Part shown: positions 23,427 through 33,776 of the stretch, piece by piece
How positions within the stretch are numbered: the stretch's first letter is position 1
Layout of the letters: each line of letters starts with the position of its first letter
From: Zancudomyces culisetae HAW-14-8
Lineage: Eukaryota > Fungi > Kickxellomycota
Reading direction: 5' to 3'
Assembly: GCA_052426225.1 (NCBI GenBank)
Contig: JBNJNM010000011.1
Coordinates: 2,852,001-2,916,000, forward strand
Length of the DNA: 64,000 nucleotides
Position numbers and translations under genes: made by a program
The notes under the pieces: model-generated
The model's database searches: none
Told to the model about the DNA's origin: nothing
Seen by the model: the letters and a program-made list of their open reading frames with translations, nothing else

Positions 23427-25714
23427 TTTTGCTTTTGTAAGATTGAATGTATACTTCAACTCGATATTCTATTAAAACGTTGATGAAAATTGAAATGAGA
23501 ATCGGCTTTGTTGTTATATTTATTTCATTCAAGCAAAACCTCCTTAGGCCCCTTCTTTTTTTTTTTGTCTGGGTTAGTTTTTTTCAATGAAGTTTTTATT
23601 CGATTTACGCAATCCTAAGAACTGTCATTCGTCTTTCAATGTATTAAATAAAAAGTGCATATATTTTGACGCATGTTATTGGAGATATGAAAAGGCCTAG
23701 ATTCCGATTTGGCAATATTTGGACAGTTAAATTCAGATAAAGTAGAGCGAAGTGCTTGAAACAGCGAACTGGGAAAAGCTGGATGAACATTTTTAATGGT
23801 GTGGCATTAGTTTTGCGTTGACAATGCTTTATCCAATTAACTCACCACTTTTCTCTTTTATGTCTGGGTGCATGTGAACAATCAAAAACCGCTAACCTGA
23901 AATTCGGAAAAAGGCTACAAAGCGTTTTAAAAATTCAAAAAGCATAAATACGTTTTGAAATACAACTCGTCTCTTTTATCAGCATAATGATTCAAGCAGC
24001 GTTTACTCTAAAAGCATTTTTGAACCCTGGGGAGGAGGAGGAGGAGAAGAAGAGGGATTGGTATCTATCAAGTTTGTTCATTTGAATAAAAGCATTGTAG
24101 CATTGTAGCACTGTATCACTGTAGCGCGGTAGCACCAGCAATTAGCAAAACTGTACAGATGGAGAAGGGGAGTGTATGTCGAAAAGGATGTGTGTGCTTT
24201 GTTCAGGGAGGCAGAACACTTAGAAAAAATGTATTTCTTTTACCTTTAAATGGGTTAACATACACTTCAGAAACGAGCAATGGTACCTTAATGTGAATGG
24301 TCTTCTAATGGTGTATGTTTTAATCTCTACCCGGTTTTTTAACGATCTTATTTTCATTAGAACTGGCCAATAGAATAAAAGAAAAAACACGCTATGTTGT
24401 TAGGTCAAGGTAAGCATAATTAGTGTTGAAATGGATCAGTTTCAGCTCGGCTTGTTTATATAAGCCTTTAGTAATTTATGGGGGGACTTTTTTTTGATGG
24501 TGGAGAAGGAGATCAGGGATTCTCATGGATAAAAAAAAATGCAACTGTCAATAAAAATGAGTTAAAACAGCGGTAATGTATTTTGGTATTCTGAGTTTGT
24601 CTACGCCAACACTAATCCATGCCAAGAGAGACCAAGATTCTTTTTTTATTGTGTCTTATTGTATTTAAATTATGTCTGTTGGGGAGTGTTAGGGTTATAA
24701 CTCTGCTGTACTGTTTTGCACTTTTTGTTTTTTTATTATTGCTTTTAAAAGCCAAGAAAGATCATATACGCTGATGGGTTCAGTAGAGCTGGAGTAGGTT
24801 TTGAAAGCCAGACTGATAGAGTGGTGGGTTGCGTAAACAAAATGGAGTCAGTGTGTTCGATATCATATCACTTCTATTTTTAGTTTTATCTTAAGACTTA
24901 ATTTCCATATTACTGATTTTTAATTTGAGTGTTTAGTTTTTATTTATTTTATTGATTTTGAAACCTTTCCCAATTACGAAAACGTTAACCATTAATCCCA
25001 ACAGTGTCAGGATAGCATCAAAATAAATTAAAACCAGGAAAATACACACATTTTTTGGCGAATAGTCACTACTAAACATATTGCAAGAGTTTGTAATGTA
25101 TTAAGTTGAAAATTACTCAGTAATAAACCCACCTACTAAAACAATGCTACATAAATTCGCACCACAAGGATAACCTGAACAAATGGTGGAAATTAATTTT
25201 CCGATTCAAAATGATAGGAATATCCGTATTCACTGTTGAATTCTCGTTTAGAGGTTGTTCCCAAGGGCTATAGTCTCATCCTTTTATGCTTTTTTTTTCT
25301 TGCCTCAAAATAGAAACAGTAGAAACAATGTGCATGAATTACATAATTCGATCCTTAGGCTTTAATGCGGTTTCTTTTCATGGATTGAAACTAATCGAAA
25401 AAAAGGAAGCAGATTACCAAATCAATAAACATAAGCTGAAAGCAAGGAGAAAGTTGAGTTGAGCTGAGCTGAGTTGAATTATGTAGAAATAGCTGCAAAC
25501 ATTTAGTGAGGCGTGTTATCCAATATTTGGTTTAGCAAATACCAAAGGATTTTTTTGAATAATAATGGCAATAAATAAAATTAAAAGGCCAGCCAGACAA
25601 AACGGAACCCATAGAGTATAAAAAGCTGGAACTTTTCCCTAAGAAGGACTTCACTATTTAGGGTTTTTTTAGGATATATATAAACAAAAAACAACTATTT
25701 GAAACAAGAACAGA

Positions 25715-26794
25715 ATGAGTTATCAACAAGGACAAGGTGGTAGACAACAAAGAGGTGATGAGGATGAGAGCTCAGATAGAGGGCTGTTCAGCAGAAAGCA
25801 GGATAACCAACCTCAGCAGTATCAAACACCTACTGGCCAGCAACAGGGATATGGTGGCCAACCAAGACCACAGAACGCACCACAGGGCTCCAGTTTCAAC
25901 GCTCCCCAACAAGGTATGTATGGAAATAACGAGGAGAAGAAGGACTGGAAGAAGACAGCTGGTATTGCCGCAGGAGTCCTAGCTGCTGCTGCAGGTGTTG
26001 GTGGAGCAGTCTATGGCGGTGTTAAGATTTCTGAGCACAGAAAGAAGGAGCATGAAGAAGAGGAGGAGAAAAAAAATGAACGTATGCAACATGAAAAACA
26101 ACAGCAACAACAACAACAACAACAGCAACAACAGCAGTATGGTGGAAATAATTACCAACAGCAACAACAGCCGCCACAATATGGTGCAAACAACAGCCAG
26201 CAACAACAGTACAATGATCAAGGTGGGTCTTCCGGTTCTCAAGCTATCTCTGGATACCCAAGAGACGGTGTTATCTGTGTAGGACAGAGAGTAGCCCTTC
26301 GTCATGACCAAACTGGAAAATACTTAGCTACCCAGAGGGGTATTTCCACCACCACTGGCTCAAACCAGCAACTGATCTTTGGCAAATCTTCAAGGGATGA
26401 TGACTGCTGGTGGAAAATTGTTCCAGTAAACGGTGATAGAACACCAACAGGAGATCCTCTTGTTTTTGGCACACAAGTACGCCTGTGCCACATTCAAACA
26501 GGATGCTATCTGCATTCACACCGCGAGTACCAATCAGCAATAACCCGCCAGGGTGAGGTAACTGGCTTCGGTGGTGGAAACAACTCCGACACCAACGACC
26601 ATTGGGTTGCTGAGCGATTCAACGATGGTGGATATACACAAAGATGGGATGCAAACCAACCCGTGCGATTTAAGCACTCCAACACAGCTAGGTTCTTACA
26701 TTCTCATTACGAAAATATTGATGGTGGTAAGCAAGAGGTTACCGCTTACGGCGATGGACAGGAGCTCAATGACAAGTGGGTGTTTGAATACTAG
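25715..26794 (+). CDS. Q/G/N-rich protein with Gly/Ala hydrophobic helix and C-terminal MIR (beta-trefoil) domain
   Basis: Three MIR repeats: GQRVALRHDQTGKYL...WWKI, GTQVRLCHIQTGCYLHSH...QGEVTGF...NDHW and VRFKHSNTARFLHSH...QEVTAY...NDKW. No signal peptide. TATAAAA at about 25617. Confidence 0.85.
   Translation: MSYQQGQGGRQQRGDEDESSDRGLFSRKQDNQPQQYQTPTGQQQGYGGQPRPQNAPQGSSFNAPQQGMYGNNEEKKDWKKTAGIAAGVLAAAAGVGGAVYGGVKISEHRKKEHEEEEEKKNERMQHEKQQQQQQQQQQQQQYGGNNYQQQQQPPQYGANNSQQQQYNDQGGSSGSQAISGYPRDGVICVGQRVALRHDQTGKYLATQRGISTTTGSNQQLIFGKSSRDDDCWWKIVPVNGDRTPTGDPLVFGTQVRLCHIQTGCYLHSHREYQSAITRQGEVTGFGGGNNSDTNDHWVAERFNDGGYTQRWDANQPVRFKHSNTARFLHSHYENIDGGKQEVTAYGDGQELNDKWVFEY
26098..26137 (+). repeat. 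CAA/CAG poly-glutamine tract within CDS
   Basis: Run of about 13 Gln codons visible in the sequence. Confidence 0.9.
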
Positions 26795-27585
26795 AAACTC
26801 ACCGTATTTGTTTTTTTAGTAGTATTATTTTCTTCTTTGTTTTAAACTCTAGGTATTCCGAATTAGTTGTTTTTTGCTTTTCATAAAGCGCTGATATTTG
26901 CACAAGTTCAAGCCAGCTATGACTATAAATCACATTGAGTCTATAATACGCTTCATTCACTAATGCGTGATTATTTCAAAATGGCTGTCTTTGTATGGTG
27001 TTTGCCTAAATTTGTTTGCAGAAAATTTGTCATAATATAACAACATCCTAATAGCTCTGGTTTGGCAACCAATTTAATTCGTTTATCCTGTCTCTCATTG
27101 TTCGCAGAGTTTGTAAACACACATTTCATTCAACACATCTCGAGGGATCTTGTGTAGCTATGACACCGCTGAAGCGCACACAAATATTTGATTGAGCTCT
27201 ATAGTAAACAACTACTTTGATGGTGCAATAGACATATGTGTTTCACTTAGCTAATGGCGTTTAAAAATATATCATACATATAAACGTGTTACAAAAAAAT
27301 AACATTTAAGATTTTTAGTGAAGAAGGTCTGTCAGTGCTATCTAGATTCACTAACTGACGCATAAAACATGTTTAAATGACTTTTTATTTGATTCTTTTT
27401 GTCAGCTCTTCTTGAACCGAGTTCCTATAGGTGTGGAGTCTTTAGAGGGACAGAGAAAGGCTGATTAGATATGTATTATATGGTGTACTTTTCTAGTAGT
27501 TTTATGCGAAATTTATTTAGTAAATTGACCAAGCAAAAAAAAAAAGTTTTTAAATACACCAAATTGATTTATAGTTTATTACACA

Positions 27586-29604
27586 TTATACACTTGAAGT
27601 TGCTGATCTAACTCTTGTCCAAGAGATAGTAGCGTGTACGGTGCTAGTAGATGTACTGCCTACATCAAGAGGTGCATTCGCAGAAATATTGGCGGTGTCC
27701 GTTAGCGGATTTGCTACACTCGTTTTTGCATTTGGTGCATCTAATATTGAGCCAGCTGCACCTTGTGGGTTCACCACACCGGCTTGGGTGGTGGTGTTTG
27801 GGTTTCTAACATTCCCAACGTTGAAGGAAGCAGTACGGTTTCGCTCAGGCGATCCCCTCCGTGTAGTGTTAGTGTTCTGTACAGTGTTGTCATTCTGTGT
27901 GGCGTTAGTGTTCTGTGCAGCGTTGTCATTCTGTGTGGCGTTAGTGTTCTGTGCAGCGTTGTCATTCTGTGTAGCGTTAGCGTTTTGTGCAGCGTTGACG
28001 TTCTTTGTGGTGTTGCTAGTTTGTGCAGCCCTGTTATTCTGACCCTTTGACCAATTTTTCTGGTTAGATCTATCCTTATTCGACAGATTTCCAACCTGTT
28101 GATTCCTACCATTGAATCCTGAAAAGCCCACACCACCTTGCGGAACCCGATTCCCAATTACACCCACGTTAATCCCAACGTTTCCCTGCATATTATTACC
28201 ACCCCATCCCATACCATTGTAGTTTTGATTCATATTTTGTTGGTTATACCCTTGATTAATAGTAAAAGTGACTCCCCCTTGACCATTTTGGTAGTTGTTT
28301 TGCTGGTAATAACCATTGTTTTGCTGGTAATCATTATCATTGTCATAATACCACGAGTCGGTTTGGTAGGGAATACCTGCAGTAGAATATTGTCCTGAAT
28401 TAGAATCTACTGGATAGGTATTGTATGCATTGTCATCCGTAAACTGGTAGCTACTATCAAAGGTTTCGTAGTCGTTGTCATCATAGTTTGGCATTTGTGT
28501 TTGGTATGCATTATCTTCAGTTGAGATTGAATCCACATAATCGGTAGGTTCTACATCATCACATGTTGAGTCAGCGTATGTGTCAGTTGGATATGTGTCA
28601 GTTGGGTATGTGTCAGTTGAATATACATCAGTTGGGTATGTGTCGGTTGAATATACATCAGTTGGATATTCATCAGTTGGGTATGTGTCGGTTGGATATT
28701 CATCAGTTGGGTATGTGTCGGTTGAATATACATCAGTTGGATACTCATCAGTTGGATATGTGTCGGTTGGATACTCATCAGTTGGATATGTAGTGGCAAA
28801 AATGGTAACAGTACTTGGGTAATAAACAGGGTTGTATGTGTTGTACTCAGTATAGCTATCTGTGTCTGTGCATGCTCCATCAGTACAATAGTTGTCTGTG
28901 TCTGTGTCTGTGCATGCTTCATCAGTACAATAGTTGTCTGTGTCTGTGTCTGTGTCTGTGTCTGTGCATGCTCCATCAGTACAATAGTTGTTTGTGTCTG
29001 TGCATGCGTCATCGGTACAGTAATAGTCTGTGTCTGTGCATGCTCCATCAGTACAGTAGTTATCTGTATTATCAGTAGATGGGTAATATGTTTGTGGATA
29101 ATAATCGTCAGTGTTGGTTGGTAATTGTGGATAACTTTGCTCGGGGGTCACTGATAAGTAAACAGTTTGGGTTTCATAAACTGTGGATGTTTCACAAGTT
29201 GTGGATGTCTCATATATCGTGGATGTCTCATAACATGTGTCAGGTGTAGTATAAACGCTGTCTACATCAGTACTACTATAGTCTACGTAATCACAATCGG
29301 TATCAGTGCATTGTACTGTTGGGTAGTATGTTTGGTAGGGTGTTGAGTCAGAGGAATCGCAGTTGTTTTGAGAACATGTCACTCCATACTCATCGCAGTA
29401 ACAGTAGTTGCACGAATCCCCAGCCGACCATTTCCCACTTCCATATATGCTAACGCAGCTTTGGTATGAATCTGTTACACTTTCCTGAGTATAGACAGGC
29501 GAAACTTTGCATTTATATATCGTTACTGTGTTTATCGCCCATACCTCCGAGAAAAAACCTGTTAATGCAAGACTTAATAGTAAATTTTTATCCGATCTAC
29601 CCAT
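27586..29604 (-). CDS. Secreted repeat-rich protein with pacifastin/VWC-like six-Cys module, CTD and YPTD repeats, N/Q-rich tail
   Basis: First ATG 29604 (MGRSDKNLLLSLALTGFFSEVWA signal peptide). Module C-x14-CNYCYCDEYGVTCSQNNC. Internal tandem repeats. Confidence 0.85.
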   Translation of the reverse strand: MGRSDKNLLLSLALTGFFSEVWAINTVTIYKCKVSPVYTQESVTDSYQSCVSIYGSGKWSAGDSCNYCYCDEYGVTCSQNNCDSSDSTPYQTYYPTVQCTDTDCDYVDYSSTDVDSVYTTPDTCYETSTIYETSTTCETSTVYETQTVYLSVTPEQSYPQLPTNTDDYYPQTYYPSTDNTDNYCTDGACTDTDYYCTDDACTDTNNYCTDGACTDTDTDTDTDNYCTDEACTDTDTDNYCTDGACTDTDSYTEYNTYNPVYYPSTVTIFATTYPTDEYPTDTYPTDEYPTDVYSTDTYPTDEYPTDTYPTDEYPTDVYSTDTYPTDVYSTDTYPTDTYPTDTYADSTCDDVEPTDYVDSISTEDNAYQTQMPNYDDNDYETFDSSYQFTDDNAYNTYPVDSNSGQYSTAGIPYQTDSWYYDNDNDYQQNNGYYQQNNYQNGQGGVTFTINQGYNQQNMNQNYNGMGWGGNNMQGNVGINVGVIGNRVPQGGVGFSGFNGRNQQVGNLSNKDRSNQKNWSKGQNNRAAQTSNTTKNVNAAQNANATQNDNAAQNTNATQNDNAAQNTNATQNDNTVQNTNTTRRGSPERNRTASFNVGNVRNPNTTTQAGVVNPQGAAGSILDAPNAKTSVANPLTDTANISANAPLDVGSTSTSTVHATISWTRVRSATSSV
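27866..27998 (-). repeat. 36-bp coding tandem repeat (NAAQNTNATQND), about 3.5 copies
   Basis: gcgttagtgttctgtgcagcgttgtcattctgtgtg repeated. Confidence 0.9.
28577..29062 (-). repeat. Coding tandem repeats: about 15-bp YPTD[E/T/V] units and about 33-51-bp YCTD[G/D/E]ACTDTD units with (TCTGTG)n
   Basis: Directly visible near-identical DNA repeats. Confidence 0.9.
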
Positions 29605-29652
29605 CTTTTGTGTATAGTTTGATAAAACCACTTTTTTCTTAAGAAGAAATTT

Positions 29653-29745
29653 CTATAATGCCTATAATGCCTATAATGCCTATAATGATGCTAGTGCTAA
29701 TATGAATAATGTCAATAATGTCAATGATGTCAATGATGTCAATGT
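29653..29745. repeat. Two adjacent 9-bp minisatellites (CTATAATGC x4; AATGTCAAT/GATGTCAAT x4) upstream of the repeat-protein gene
   Basis: Directly visible. Confidence 0.8.
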
Positions 29746-30621
29746 TAGAAATGCTAGTTGCAATGGTAGCTCAGTAAACCAAACTTCACTCTTTACGTTC
29801 AAGTCGAGAGATACTCTTTTGATTTTATTTTTGGTTTCTAGTATTTTCTGTTTCTTTTTATTAGAAACTTTTAAAGCTAAAGATCCATTTCAATTTATGA
29901 CAGCATTAAATTGATATTTATATAAAACCATTCTAAAATAAAACTGGCCGTGAATATATGATGGCAATGGATACAAGTTATACTATTTGTGTGTTTCAAT
30001 GACAAATGATAAGCCAAAAAAATGGGCCAGCAGACCAATATTTCAATTGTCTTGTGGTCAAGTAAGGTCTTTTTACCGTTGTTATTGCCATTGCCCTATG
30101 TTTTTGCTTATGTGAACTTTCTTCTCTTATTGTTATTGTTAACTTATAACTATTATGCGAGTTCTTTTAAATTAGATTATTAGAAAATCATCATTGTACT
30201 TGTAATAGGAAAAAAAATCAATGAATTGTACCTTCTTAAACAGCCCCTAAACCATCGCTAACAGGAATACATTCCGAACTTTTTGGTATTTGCGCTCATT
30301 AATTTGTTTCGAAAAAAAAATCTCATCACTTTTTATAAGGAATAACAAGCAATTCAGAATAGTTGATCATGGATTATCAATGTTATTGTTTGTTTTTTTT
30401 ACCTATTAGTGATCAGGGCTTGTTAAATCATCGTGATTCTTATTTTTGCCATTTTCACTATTTGTAACTAAAGCAAGAAGTTTAGCGCAAACAATCGAAA
30501 TGGGGATAACACAATCAAAACCTCAATTGAGTCTACATAGGAGATTGTTTTAATTTTTGGTAATCGGGGGCAAAATCTATTAGGGTTTACATATTGCTAG
30601 TGTTTAGCAAGTTGGACCCAC

Positions 30622-30697
30622 CCTTCCACCTTCCACCTTCCACCTTCCACCTTCCACCTTCCACCTTCCACCTTCCACCTTCCACCTTCCACCTTCC
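30622..30697. repeat. Heptanucleotide satellite (CCTTCCA)10.9
   Basis: Perfect tandem array in intergenic DNA. Confidence 0.95.
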
Positions 30698-31215
30698 TTT
30701 CCCCTCCTTTCATACTATACACTTTTCTCTCATTGTCTAAGACGTATTACAAATTCGGTGTTTATAGCTTTTGAAGTAATCAACCCGATTTTCCTTCACA
30801 ATAAGAAAAAACCAACCTCCGGGAAAGCTATTACTTTACATCAAACAATAACCATATCTTATATAAGGCCCAAAAAACTTTTTTTGGCGATTAATATGAA
30901 TGTTTTTATTTTTGGTTCCGACTTTGTCTGCACAATGCAAACTGCTTCTTTGTGAAACCAAAATAGATAAATAACTTGGGTACAAGTATATAGTATGAAC
31001 ATATTTGGTTTGGTATGGTCCTGACCTCTAATAAGTTCTATCCCAGTATATAGCTCTAGAAATACTTGCCATCCAGCTCCTTCTTGCTAACTGGTAAGAG
31101 TAAACTGTTTAGTTCATTTCTTAAAAAGGCAATCATTCGGAGTGAATGAATAGATGATCCCCTTGTGTGCCCACAATCGCAAACAGGCTAGCACCACAAT
31201 ATCTCAACTTCTAAT

Positions 31216-31255
31216 CCCAAAGCCCAAAGCCCAAAGCCCAAAGCCCAAACCCCAA
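31216..31255. repeat. Heptanucleotide repeat (CCCAAAG)4+; G-quadruplex motif on minus strand
   Basis: Six CCC tracts at 7-nt spacing. Confidence 0.85.
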
Positions 31256-31673
31256 CGTGGTTCACGTTCACTTATAACCGGGTCCTTGGTAATATATATT
31301 TTTGTACAACTTTCTCCTTATGCCTAGGTGTTTAAAGGAAGAAGTGGCATCAATTGGTAGCTATAAGTGCCGTTTGAGTTTCATCAAAAAGATGCACATT
31401 ATTGATACCCTTGTGCAAAAAAAAACATACTTTTTCAGCCAGCAGTAAATTGACGGAATAAACCTGCTGTTTTAATATTACTTTTTTCAGAAAACGGTCC
31501 AAACTCCACCAAATTGAGTGGTTTGTATACTAACCGAATGGAGAATATTCCAATTGCACCTAAGACAGTCTTATGGTTGCCAATCTTTGCCCCGCAAACA
31601 TAGAAAAGCGTTTCGATGGATTTATTTAGAATATATTATAAAAAGCAAGTTACATGAAAATATAAATCTCCCC

Positions 31674-32727
31674 TCACAAATGCATTTGATCTTTATATTT
31701 GTAATAAAGCTCACCCACATCCTCAAGTCCGATAAACTCCCAACCGTCCTCTTTGATGTGGTACAATCTTACATACCCACCCGAAAATGCATCGCGGTAA
31801 GTGGCTTGAAATATTGCTCTTCGCCCAAGTTCTATTGCATCAGCAGTTTCGAGATCATACTTATAACCAGTATCCAATACACTGTAAGCAAAAGTCCCAC
31901 CAGAGCCTACGGCAAACAGATCACCCTTTACTCTTTGGCCCTCGCTATCCACATAATATATTGCAGGTCCCTTTTTATCCCAACCGCAAACCATTGTTCC
32001 CATTGATAGACCCATTCCTTTATAGTAGTATACCATATTGGAAAGAAGCTTCGAAGCAGCAGCAACGGAGATTCTTTCTTTGTTTGCTAGTTCATGCAGC
32101 CGGCATCTGCGACCTAGTTCTCTTTCCCAGTAAGAGCAATCTGCTGCACCTCCCGCCATCGTTCCCAAAAGATATGGGTTTATTTCTATCACCTTCTTGA
32201 CAGTCTGCGAGGCTATTTTGTGTGTATTTTTTATGTTAGTATGTCTAGATGGATTAGCAACAACGCTGCGTTTAAAAATCGTTAAAAAAATCTGACAAGT
32301 ACCTATAACATTTCCCGAGGTGGCTCTAGAGTCTGTAGCCACTATGATTCCGTTTTTAAATTTAAATGATAATGTTGTGGTGCCATGTGCTAGTTTAATG
32401 ATGCTATCCTTTTGTGATTTTACATCAATATATTTCGTGGCGAATCCTGAAGGCTATTTGACGTTTAGTACCAAGTTAAGCTCAGAAAGATTATGAAGAG
32501 CTAGGATATTTTTTTAATCAATCATATATCCAAAATGAAGGTTCATTTTTGATTTATTCTGTCAACATGAATTATTTATTTGTTTCAAGTACCTGTAGCA
32601 CGGGCGCGAAATCAAAATCCTTGTCCAGAGTCTTTTTGACCATATCATTGTTTCCATACTCTTCGTCAACAGCCGTAAACCCCTGCGAGTTGTTGTCAAT
32701 ATGTGCCAATATTTTGTTGATGCTCAT
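31674..32727 (-). CDS. PRE2: 20S proteasome subunit beta 5 (exons 32727-32593, 32453-32303, 32212-31674)
   Basis: Propeptide cleavage site LAHG|TTTL, then [37 protein letters not shown] and RDAFSGG. Confidence 0.97.
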
Positions 32728-33776
32728 CTTCACAAATGTTACAATGTTATTTTTATTTTCAACGTACCTAAATATTTGTTTTTCTGTTTTGGTTCACAAA
32801 TTATTTATTAAGTGCGAATGAAGCAAGTGTAGCTTGTTTTTCAATTACGTACGCCTTTTTTTTCCATCACTCATTTTGCCACAAATTGAAATTTGTTGTT
32901 GCTTTTTGCTCGCTTTTAGGAGCATTTAAAAAAAATTCGATGAATAAGCAGAGTCAATACTGGAAATGGAACTAAATAAATTATCAATCAGCTATATAAA
33001 ATGTACAAGCATGGATGACAAAAAAATACTAGCATATGGCTCTATCGACATAGTAAGGTAGAAACTGCCACAATTTCTGATTTCAAAGCCGCACATAAAA
33101 AACTCGGATAAATTTATGGCAGACTTCGATCATCCTTGTTTCCCTACTGAACGGGAAGATAGTGATATTGTTTTTATCACAACATTTGTCCATATGATGT
33201 TGTTCATTGTGTATTTATATATATATATATATTTTTAGATAATTAAGAGTCAAAATAGCCTTGGAGAAAAAAGGTTTGGTGTAATTGCACACTCACTATA
33301 CCGCGACCCCCTCTACCTACCATCCGTCCTTTTTTTTGTTAAAAGTTATCAGTAAATGTAGTAGAATTTGGTACTTTCTCTTGAATCGTAATTTGTAAAT
33401 ACTGGTACATTTCTATACACAACACACACACACACACATATATATATATTAAATATATATCGTGGATACTACAAGTGTAAAATAATGCGTTTTATAAAAT
33501 TAATTCAGCACCAATATCATATTTCGCAACGGATAAAGTTGGGTAATCGTCATACATCAAGTACAAAGTTCAGTTCTACCAAATGTAGTAAATGCAAGGA
33601 GGATGAATAAAGGTGAGCATAGGACAAAAGGATAGTCTATGTTCTGCAGATAAATGTAGAGAGTACCACTGCGCATACTGATGGGAAAAATGAATATTGT
33701 TTATTTTATTTTGCCATTGTGGTTTAGCAAAGATTAAAGCTAAAGTATGACAAAGCTGGGATGAAAAAAAGCCTGA

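Noticed and set aside
28577-28800. CRISPR-like regular repeats
   Set aside because: No unique spacers; the repeats are in-frame coding units in a eukaryotic gene.
27641-29078. Multiple overlapping ORFs with periodic peptides (CLCLCMLHQ, HQLGMC, VGYVS, FCVAL)
   Set aside because: Alternate-frame and antisense shadows of the coding tandem repeats in 27586-29604.
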